Positions 11,471-20,332 of a DNA stretch of 50,037 bases are shown here, in pieces. The translations under genes and the position numbers were made by a program. This DNA comes from Alphaproteobacteria bacterium (GTDB lineage Bacteria > Pseudomonadota > Alphaproteobacteria > JACZXZ01), in assembly GCA_035625535.1 (NCBI GenBank), contig DASPPM010000004.1:1-50037 (forward strand), given 5' to 3'. The notes under the pieces were generated by a model. It worked only from the letters and a program-made list of their open reading frames with translations, ran no database searches and had not been told where the DNA came from. Position 1 is the stretch's first letter. Each line of letters begins with the position of its first letter.

Positions 11471-12166
11471 TTAAACGGCGACATGCCGCTTGAGAGTTTC
11501 GAGCGATAATCCCTGCAGCTTGCCCTGATCGACGATGGCGCCCTTTGAGAGCACGTAGTAGCGCTCGGCCACACGCCGAACGAGGCTGAAGTTTTGTTCG
11601 ATGAGCAGAATGCCGGTACCTTCGCGGCCGAGCCCGGCAAAGACCCTGGCGAGCTCGTCCACGATCACCGGCGCCAGGCCCTCGCTGGGCTCGTCGAGCA
11701 CCAGGAGCTCGGGGTTCGCCATCAGCGCTCGGCCGATGGCGAGCATTTGCTGCTGCCCGCCGCTCAAGGCGATTCCCGATACGTCACGACGCTCCTGCAG
11801 CACCGGAAAAAGTCGGTAAATGGCGCCGAGATCCCACTGCCCGCCACGGCGGACGGCGGCACCCAGCAGGAGGTTCTCTTCCACCGTGAGATTCGGAAGG
11901 ATTCTGCGCCCTTGCGGCACCACCGCGATCCCGCTGCGCGCCGCGTCGAAATGCGCGATCGCGCGGGCCTCGTGACCGTTCAGCAGGATCGAACCCGCGC
12001 CTACCTCGGCGATTCCCAGAAAGGAATTCACCAACGTGGTCTTGCCGGCTCCATTGCGGCCGAGAATGGCGACGCGCTCGGCGGCCGAAATCCCGATGCT
12101 CACGCCGTGCAGGACCTTGGCGTGCCCGTAATAGGCGTCGACGGCGCGGAGCTCGAGCAGACTCAC
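11471..12166 (-). CDS. ABC transporter ATP-binding protein, LivF type
   Basis: Walker A GRNGAGKTT, signature LSGGQQQMLAIGRAL, Walker B LVLDEPSEGL. The GTG start overlaps the upstream stop (GTGA). Confidence 0.88.
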   Translation of the reverse strand: MSLLELRAVDAYYGHAKVLHGVSIGISAAERVAILGRNGAGKTTLVNSFLGIAEVGAGSILLNGHEARAIAHFDAARSGIAVVPQGRRILPNLTVEENLLLGAAVRRGGQWDLGAIYRLFPVLQERRDVSGIALSGGQQQMLAIGRALMANPELLVLDEPSEGLAPVIVDELARVFAGLGREGTGILLIEQNFSLVRRVAERYYVLSKGAIVDQGKLQGLSLETLKRHVAV

Positions 12167-12867
12167 GACACGCCCGTTCCCAGATAGGCCGTGACGACCT
12201 CCGGGATTTGGCGGACCTCGTCCGGCGTTCCCTCCGCCAGAGTACGCCCAAGATGCAGCACCGTGATGCGATCGCAGATTGAGAACACGACCTCCATGTC
12301 GTGCTCGACCAGCAGCACCGTCACGCCCCAGCGCCCGACAAGGTCTTTCAGCAGTCTTGCAAGCGCGAGCGATTCTCCGAGCGAGAGCCCCGCCGCGGGC
12401 TCATCGAGGAGTAGAACCCGCGGACGGCCGATCAAGGCGAGCGCCAGGTCAAGCCGCCTTTGATCACCATAGGAGATATCGCCTGCGCGTCGGCCCGCAT
12501 GCTGCGACAGCGACAGCGCCTCCGCGACCTCTTCGGCATTGTTATTTTCGCTCGTGCGAGCCGCCAGTTGCAGCTGCTCCAGCACCGTGAGATCGGCGAA
12601 GATATTCGTACGCTGGAACGAGCGCGCGAGCCCAAAGCTGCGGCGCTCCTGCACGCTACGACGGTCGATGGGAGCGCCGAAGAGGCGCACCTCGCCGCTC
12701 CATTCCCGCGCGCGCCCGGAGAGGACGTCGATGAGGGTTGACTTGCCGGCGCCATTAGGGCCGATGAGCGCGCGGATTTCACCCTCGGGAACCGCAATGT
12801 CGACACCATCCAGCGCGACGAAACCGCCAAATCGCCGCCTCAATCCTATGCCTTCCAGCGCAAACAT
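12163..12867 (-). CDS. ABC transporter ATP-binding protein, LivG type
   Basis: GPNGAGKST, ISYGDQRRLDLALAL, LLLDEPAAGL. Start chosen at MFALEG (12867), 4 nt after the permease stop. The ORF is open to 12924. Confidence 0.88.
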   Translation of the reverse strand: MFALEGIGLRRRFGGFVALDGVDIAVPEGEIRALIGPNGAGKSTLIDVLSGRAREWSGEVRLFGAPIDRRSVQERRSFGLARSFQRTNIFADLTVLEQLQLAARTSENNNAEEVAEALSLSQHAGRRAGDISYGDQRRLDLALALIGRPRVLLLDEPAAGLSLGESLALARLLKDLVGRWGVTVLLVEHDMEVVFSICDRITVLHLGRTLAEGTPDEVRQIPEVVTAYLGTGVS

Positions 12868-12871
12868 GGTC

Positions 12872-13888
12872 TCACCCTCGCGCCAAGCGCGAGCGACGCT
12901 CGGCCATCGCGAGAAGCGCGCCACCCAGGCCGGTTGGCAAGAGGACCGTGACCGCGATCAGCGACAAGCCGATCATCGCGGGCCAATGCTCCGTGTAGTT
13001 GCTCGCGACGTTCTTGAAGAAGAAGAAGACCAGCGCGCCCAGAGCCGGGCCCCACAGGACGCGGGCCCCGCCGATGATCGCCATGATCAGCGCGGAGCCG
13101 GACAGGTTCCAATGCAGGAGGTCCGGCGAGACGAAACCATTGTAAAGAGCGATGAGCACGCCGGCGAGCGCCGCCAGGAAGGCCGAGACGGCGTAAATGC
13201 CCGCGCGCGGCACGATCGTGCCGTAGCCGACGAAACGCGCTCGCTCCTCGTTCTCGCGAATTGCAACGGTGAGTCGGCCGAAGTGCCCGTTCGCAATCCA
13301 GTGCAGCAGCGCAGTCGCGGCGACGAGCGCGATCCAGCAGACCACGAACATGCTCGACGGCCGCTGAAAAGTGCTGGTCGCGACGCCGAAGAGCTGGCGC
13401 GGCAGACGGATCGCGAGCCCATCGTCTCCGTTCGCCAGCTCTCGCCACTTGTAGAGAACTTCGTAGAATGCCTGCCCCACCGCGAGCGTGAGCATAGAGA
13501 AAGCGATCCCCGGACTGCGCACGATCACCAGCCCAAGCAGGAACGCGAAGGCGGTCGGTCCGGCCAACGCCAGCAGGATCGCCGCCTCAACCGGCATTGC
13601 CTGGAATTTCACCGCGATCGCGATGGTATACGCCGCGAGGCCATAGAACGCGGCTTGGCCGAAACTGACCACGCCGTTCTGCCGAATAAGGAAACCGACG
13701 CTTAGCGCAAGAATTGCGCTGATGACGGCCTGCGTCATGAGGGTGAAGAAGAGCGCCGAGCTCACCAGCCATGGCAGTACAAGCCCCACGAGCAGCGCCA
13801 CGCCGCCCACGGCGGGCATTGTCCCGAAGACACTCGGCCGCTCCGCAGTGCGGCGAAAATTCGCAGGCTGGCGGAGAGGCTTGGTCAT
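12872..13888 (-). CDS. ABC transporter permease, LivM type
   Basis: Polytopic hydrophobic protein of the LivM pattern. The ATG at 13888 overlaps the livH-like stop (ATGA). Confidence 0.82.
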   Translation of the reverse strand: MTKPLRQPANFRRTAERPSVFGTMPAVGGVALLVGLVLPWLVSSALFFTLMTQAVISAILALSVGFLIRQNGVVSFGQAAFYGLAAYTIAIAVKFQAMPVEAAILLALAGPTAFAFLLGLVIVRSPGIAFSMLTLAVGQAFYEVLYKWRELANGDDGLAIRLPRQLFGVATSTFQRPSSMFVVCWIALVAATALLHWIANGHFGRLTVAIRENEERARFVGYGTIVPRAGIYAVSAFLAALAGVLIALYNGFVSPDLLHWNLSGSALIMAIIGGARVLWGPALGALVFFFFKNVASNYTEHWPAMIGLSLIAVTVLLPTGLGGALLAMAERRSRLARG

Positions 13889-14733
13889 GCGCGTTGACCT
13901 GCGAGGCCCGAGGGCCGCCAAATCAGGACACCGACCATCAGGACGAAGGGAATCATCGACGCCGCCCAGGGCACATAGACCACGCCGAAGTTGTGGATCT
14001 CACCTATGAGCAGCGCCGCGAAGAAGGCGCCGGAAAAGCTGCCGAGGCCTCCGACCACCACGACGATGAAGCTGTCGATCAGGATGTAGCCGCCCATCGA
14101 TGGCGACAACGCCATGAGGGGCGCTGCAACGGTGCCGGAGAGTCCCGCAAGCGCGGCACCGATCGCGACTACGATTGCGCTGACCCTGTTGGTGTTGACG
14201 CCCTGGAGCGCCGTGATGAGGGGATCGACGCTCGAAGCCCGCACGTAAAGCCCGATCCGGCTCACCTTCAGCCAAACCGTGAGCCCAGCCGCGACCACGA
14301 CGGCAACGCCGATCACCACGAGCCGGTAAACCGGAAATTCCGACCCGGTAAGCATGACGGAGCCCGCCAGATAACTCGGCGGCTGCAGCGTGAGGAAATC
14401 CTTGCCCCAGATCGATTGCGCGAGATCCTGGAGCACCAGCAAGATGCCGAAAGTGACGAGCACGGTCACGATCTGATCCTCGCGTTGCAGAGGACGGAAC
14501 ACGAACCAATCAAGGAGCGCCCCCATCACCGCCAGGATTGCGATCGCGACCAAGAGCCCGCCGAGAAAATACCCCTGCGAGGCTAGACTGAACCCAACAT
14601 AGGAGCCGATCATGAACAGGCTGCCGTGGGCGAAATTCACCACTCGGCGAAGCCCGAAGATCAAGACAAGTCCGACGGCCAGGATGTAGAGAAGCCCGCC
14701 GTAGACGAGACCGTTCAGGAGCTGGATCAGCAT
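13885..14733 (-). CDS. ABC transporter permease, LivH type
   Basis: The start MLIQLLNGLVYGGLLYILAVGLVLIFG is the typical LivH N-terminus. Polytopic membrane protein. Confidence 0.85.
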   Translation of the reverse strand: MLIQLLNGLVYGGLLYILAVGLVLIFGLRRVVNFAHGSLFMIGSYVGFSLASQGYFLGGLLVAIAILAVMGALLDWFVFRPLQREDQIVTVLVTFGILLVLQDLAQSIWGKDFLTLQPPSYLAGSVMLTGSEFPVYRLVVIGVAVVVAAGLTVWLKVSRIGLYVRASSVDPLITALQGVNTNRVSAIVVAIGAALAGLSGTVAAPLMALSPSMGGYILIDSFIVVVVGGLGSFSGAFFAALLIGEIHNFGVVYVPWAASMIPFVLMVGVLIWRPSGLAGQRA

Positions 14734-14997
14734 CGTGAAAGCCGCGCGCCGGCCGACCCGATGGCAATGCGACACGGGTCGCAAACCGCGAGGCGGCGCC
14801 GGCGGGCGAAAGCCGGACCGCTCTTCGCTCGAAGCTTCACCGCGTATCTCCCTTGTCGCCGATGTGGACCGGAGGCGGCGCCGATTCCGTGTGATTACTG
14901 ACGTGGCCCTTCAGCGAAGGATGGTTCAATCAATGGTGATTGTCAACGCGGCGTCGGCGAGCCGTCATGCCGGATGTCGTTCCGCTAGAACTCGAGG

Positions 14998-16113
14998 TCA
15001 GCGCTCGGGAAGCAGCGCGCTGGCTTCGCCCAATGCTGGATAGCCGGCGGCGCGCTCAGTTGAGCGAAACGCCTCGACGATCGCCACCGGAAGCGCCGGC
15101 ATCTCCCTGTCGTCGGCCTTGACAGTGCGGCTGAACAAGCCGCGGGCACGAAAGTGAGCATCGGCCAACGCCTCCTCGACGGTCGCGATTATGCAGCAGC
15201 AGACGTCGTCTGCAGCGAAACTCGCCTGCCATTCCGCTGCGGTCCTGCTGCGAATGATATCACCAACGGCCCGGCGGGTGGCGGTTGGATCGCGAGAGTC
15301 GTCGGCGAGTTCGGGGGATAAGCCGATCATCGCGACGAATTTCGTCCAGAAGCGGTCCTCAAGGGGTGCTGCCGCGACGAAGCGATCGTCGGCCGTGCGA
15401 TAAATCTGATAGCGCGGCGAACCGCCGGTGACGAGCTCGCCGCCTGGACGGGGCCACCGCCCGGCCGCGAGGCCATTGCCGAGAGCCCAATAGAGGAAGG
15501 GAAACAAGTTATCGGTCATGGACACGTCGAGTTTGCAGCCCTCGCCCGTCCTCGCCCGCTGCTGCAGGGCAAGGAGAATGTTGATGACCGCGGGATAGGC
15601 ACCCGCGGCGATGTCGGCGACCAGCGCTGCTGGCGGTATGGGCGTACCGTCGGCACCCGCGGCGAGCGAGAGCATTCCCGTATCGGCGACATAGTTCAGA
15701 TCATGCGCAGCCACAGCGGCCTTGGGCCCGCTCTGCCCATAGCCTGTGATCGAACAGTAGATCAACCGCGGATTGTTCTCGCGCAGCGTTTCGTAGCCAA
15801 GGGCCAGACGCTCCATGACGCCGGGGCGAAACTGCTCGATCAGCACATCGGCGGTCTTCAGGAGGGGAAGCAGGCGCCGCCCGGCCTCGGGTTTCTTGAG
15901 ATCGATCGCGATGCTGCGCTTGCCGCGATTGAGGAGCGCGAAATTCACGCTGGCCTGGCCGAATTTGGGCTTATAGCCGCGCATGTCCTCGCCGCCAGGG
16001 GGCCGCTCGATCTTGATCACCTCGGCACCGGCTTCGGCGAGCATCAGACTCGCCATTGGGCCCGGCAGAAGAGTCGTGAAATCGAGTACACGGATGCCTT
16101 GGATCGGCTGCAT
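14998..16113 (-). CDS. family III CoA-transferase (CaiB/BaiF / alpha-methylacyl-CoA racemase-like)
   Basis: MQPIQGIRVLDFTTLLPGPMASLMLAEAGAEVIKIERPPGGEDMR...NRGKRSIAIDLKKPEG...LIEQFRPGVMERLGLGYE is the hallmark N-terminal region. A GGGAG RBS precedes the start. Confidence 0.88.
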   Translation of the reverse strand: MQPIQGIRVLDFTTLLPGPMASLMLAEAGAEVIKIERPPGGEDMRGYKPKFGQASVNFALLNRGKRSIAIDLKKPEAGRRLLPLLKTADVLIEQFRPGVMERLALGYETLRENNPRLIYCSITGYGQSGPKAAVAAHDLNYVADTGMLSLAAGADGTPIPPAALVADIAAGAYPAVINILLALQQRARTGEGCKLDVSMTDNLFPFLYWALGNGLAAGRWPRPGGELVTGGSPRYQIYRTADDRFVAAAPLEDRFWTKFVAMIGLSPELADDSRDPTATRRAVGDIIRSRTAAEWQASFAADDVCCCIIATVEEALADAHFRARGLFSRTVKADDREMPALPVAIVEAFRSTERAAGYPALGEASALLPER

Positions 16114-16302
16114 GGAATACTCCCGCTCGGCCTTACCTGTTCATGACGGTATCGCGTGTCTCGCCGGCGTGCACGATTTTTCGCGCGTGCCGACGCGTGC
16201 CGTCGGCTGCGACGCCGATCTCGCTTGAATTTCCGAAGCGGCTGAAGACTGCCAGATGGGCTCGGCGGGGCGGATTGGCGAAATGGGGCCGCTCGGGAAG
16301 GC

Positions 16303-16860
16303 TCAGCTCGGCAGACGGCGAATGGCGTCCGCCGTCTCGCTCCGTCTCGGCTGTCCGGGCGTGGCCACGGAGCCCACGTAAAGGAAGCCCACGATGGCGT
16401 CGCTTTCGGCGAGGCCGAGCTCGCGCTTGAAGACCGCGTCATAGGCGGCGGCCCCGGTGCGCCAGAAACCGCCGTAGCCGAGCGCATGGGCCGCGACGAG
16501 AAGATTTTGCGCGGCCGCCCCCACCGCGACGATCTGCTCGACGGCCGGAATTTTCGCGTCGTCCTTGACCGTGGCAGCCGCGACGATGATGAGGGGCGCG
16601 CGCTCCGCCTTCTTGCGCTCGGCATCGCGCTTGGCCGCGGGCGCCTCTGGCTCGCGCCGGAGGAGGGACTGCTCCAGCAACGTCCCGAACCGCTCCCGCG
16701 CCGCTCCATCGAAAATGAGGAAGCGCCACGGCCTCAGCCGGCCGTGATCGGGTGCAGCGACGGCGGCCGCGAACATCGCTTCGAGCGCCTCGGCCGTCGG
16801 CGCGGGCTCGGCGAGCTTGAGCGGAGAGACACGGGTCTTGAGGGCCGTCAATGCATCCAT
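16303..16860 (-). CDS. YdjA-like NAD(P)H nitroreductase
   Basis: MDALTALKTRVSPLKLAEPAPTAEALEAMFAAAVAAPDHGRLRPWRFLIFDG...VGFLYVG aligns by eye with E. coli YdjA from its first residue. The frame stays open upstream to 17049 (see finding). Confidence 0.8.
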   Translation of the reverse strand: MDALTALKTRVSPLKLAEPAPTAEALEAMFAAAVAAPDHGRLRPWRFLIFDGAARERFGTLLEQSLLRREPEAPAAKRDAERKKAERAPLIIVAAATVKDDAKIPAVEQIVAVGAAAQNLLVAAHALGYGGFWRTGAAAYDAVFKRELGLAESDAIVGFLYVGSVATPGQPRRSETADAIRRLPS

Positions 16861-17077
16861 GGCTTGGCGCATTTCCTCGCGGGTGAGACCGATCTTGAGG
16901 CCGAGCTCCTCGAGGATCGCCCAATGCGGCCGTTCGCCGCCGCGCGGAGCGTGGACCTCGATGCCGTTTTCATCCGCGACATTCGAGGCCTCCTTGGCTC
17001 GTGCCTCGGGACCACGCCAAGTCAGCGGAGGAAAGCAACCGCCGAGCAAAACCGGTTCGAGGCGCCTCTTTGGCGGC

Positions 17078-17365
17078 TCAGGATTTGGCGCGCTTGGGCG
17101 CGATCAGCGGCAGCACGACGCAGCGCAGATAGTCCGGATCGTATCCCGCGGCTTCGCAGGCGATGCGGAAATCGTAGCCGTTGCGGAGAAACCAGTTGCG
17201 CGCGTCGTCGCGAATGCGCTGGCGCTCGTCCTCTCCGGAAACGGTGGCGATGCAGTTCGTCGCGTCCTGCAAGGCACGGTGGAGCACTGCGCACCAGAGC
17301 TGCCGCTCCGGGCCCTGGCTCGCCATCTCGTGGCGCTCGTAACTCTCGATGGCCGGCGTGCGCAC
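17078..17365 (-). CDS. hypothetical protein, 95 aa
   Basis: GTG at 17365 lies 5 nt after AGGAGG. High third-position GC. Sequence: ...ERQLWCAVLHRALQDATNCIATVSGEDERQRIRDDARNWFLRNGYDFRIACEAAGYDPDYLR... I cannot name a family with confidence. Confidence 0.6.
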   Translation of the reverse strand: MRTPAIESYERHEMASQGPERQLWCAVLHRALQDATNCIATVSGEDERQRIRDDARNWFLRNGYDFRIACEAAGYDPDYLRCVVLPLIAPKRAKS

Positions 17366-17464
17366 GGGAGCCTCCTGCCTCACTGACCGTCCCGCCGCGC
17401 GCGGTGGTGCTGCATGTTGCGTCGTCCTCTTGCGGCCCCGTGAGGCCTTCCGTCCATGGCCGGG

Positions 17465-17737
17465 TTAATGCCGCCGGCGGGGAAATCTCGGCGTCGGGGC
17501 GACCGCGGAGCCGCGCTCGTCCTTATGCCGGAAGTTGATGCGCCCCTTGCTGAGGTCGTAGGGCGTCATCTCGACGGTGACGCGGTCGCCGGCGAGAATG
17601 CGAATGCGGTTCTTCTTCATGCGGCCGGACGTGTAGGCGAGCGTCACGTGGCCGTCGTCGAGCTGCACGCGGAAGCGCGCGTCGGGCAGCAGCTCCAGCA
17701 CCGTGCCTTCGAGTTCGAGCAGAGCTTCCTTGACCAA
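17465..17737 (-). CDS. infA: translation initiation factor IF-1
   Basis: (M)[69 protein letters not shown] aligns along its whole length with E. coli IF-1. Inferred TTG start at 17737 follows GGGAGGTG. An ~18-aa basic C-terminal tail is present. Confidence 0.88.
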   Translation of the reverse strand: MVKEALLELEGTVLELLPDARFRVQLDDGHVTLAYTSGRMKKNRIRILAGDRVTVEMTPYDLSKGRINFRHKDERGSAVAPTPRFPRRRH

Positions 17738-18026
17738 TGGCACCTCCCGATTTGAGGAAAGCGGCGGCCTGCCGTCCCTTTGTTGTCGCGCTCGATCATG
17801 GCTCGCCGCCGAAATCTCGCCCCCGCGCCCAAGGGAACGGCAAGCAAATCCGGCGCGCAAGCGGAGCCGACACGCGCGCGCCGAGGCCAATAGCTTGACA
17901 TGATGATGATCGTATACGCGCCGGCTGGCAAGCCTTTTGCGCGAGCCGCCCGACCGGCCGCGAGGGCCGCGAGTGGCATTCGCGGGCGCGGCGCACCATT
18001 TAAATGAGACAAATGAAAGGAACGAC

Positions 18027-18572
18027 ATGGCCTACCTCCCCGCGGCGCAGCGCACCCTCGACGTGGTCTCCCCGGTCACGATCTACCGCCAGATCGGGCG
18101 GCGTCCGAGCGAAGTCTATGTCGACGACGCCATGACGGCGGCAGAGGCGGGCCGCACCGCACGGCATCGCCTCAAGGACCGCGTTTACTGGCGCACGCGC
18201 GCCGAGCCGGGGAGCCAGATCCAGGATCGTCCGGGGGGCACCCTCGTGGTGACGGCGACGGGCGAGTGCTACCCTGTCCTGCTCTCGGAGCCCACCCCTC
18301 TCACGGCGGCCACCGCGTTCACCCACGCCGATCTGGCGATCAAGGCGGACCAGAGAGCGATCGACCAACTGGTCGCCGCCGGCAGCCTCGTGGCGGCGGC
18401 GCCGCGGCGGCGCAAGCGGCAGCTGTCGCGGCCGGCCGATCGGATGTTCGAGGACGATCATCCGCTGGTCGTGGACGCGCTGCCGGCGGGCGTCACGCCG
18501 AGTGACGATCGGGTGAGGGTCGCACGCTTCGGCACCTACTGGGCAAGAGGTGCCAGGAACTCGGCGCGATGA
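18027..18572 (+). CDS. hypothetical protein, 181 aa
   Basis: ATG at 18027 is preceded by GAAAGGA. Third-position GC is consistently high. Sequence starts [37 protein letters not shown]... No recognisable motif. Confidence 0.55.
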   Translation: MAYLPAAQRTLDVVSPVTIYRQIGRRPSEVYVDDAMTAAEAGRTARHRLKDRVYWRTRAEPGSQIQDRPGGTLVVTATGECYPVLLSEPTPLTAATAFTHADLAIKADQRAIDQLVAAGSLVAAAPRRRKRQLSRPADRMFEDDHPLVVDALPAGVTPSDDRVRVARFGTYWARGARNSAR

Positions 18573-18688
18573 GGGCCTGAAACAGCACCCTTGGGCAAAG
18601 GCGGCCTTGCGTCTTCGCCCCTAGAGAAGATGGCGCAAGCGCTTTTGGAGCTGCTGTTGCACCTTCGTGCGGCGCGCGCAGGGCGGCC

Positions 18689-18717
18689 TTGACATTGCTG
18701 CGACAAAGCCTTATTTG
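18689..18717 (+). promoter_or_regulatory. candidate sigma70-type promoter (TTGACA-N17-TATTTG) for the DEAD-box helicase gene
   Basis: Perfect -35 hexamer at 18689-18694 and TATTTG at 18712-18717. This implies a ~260-nt leader. Pattern match only. Confidence 0.35.
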
Positions 18718-18988
18718 GCGGTCACTGTCGTATCTCGCGATCGCGCGAAGCGCGTTGGCGTCCAGAGCTGGATGAGCCCCGACGCGACTGCATTTCGAGA
18801 CAATTCCCCGACACTCAAGGCATATCCCGGCGCGTGCGGGTTAGGCCGCAACGCAACCGGGATTCGCGGCGCAGGACGCCGCGAGTCTTAACCTAGATGC
18901 GGCGCAAGCCGCCACCCTCGCCCGGCCTGCGGCAAGGAGCCGCGATGGGCGGGAGGTGCGGCCGAGCCGCCATGAGAAAGAGATAGAA

Positions 18989-20275
<1,287 letters not shown>

Positions 20276-20332
20276 CGCGAAGCCCGCGCGGCGAGCGGAG
20301 CCGGAGATGGCCCCGCTCAGCATGCCCGCCGA

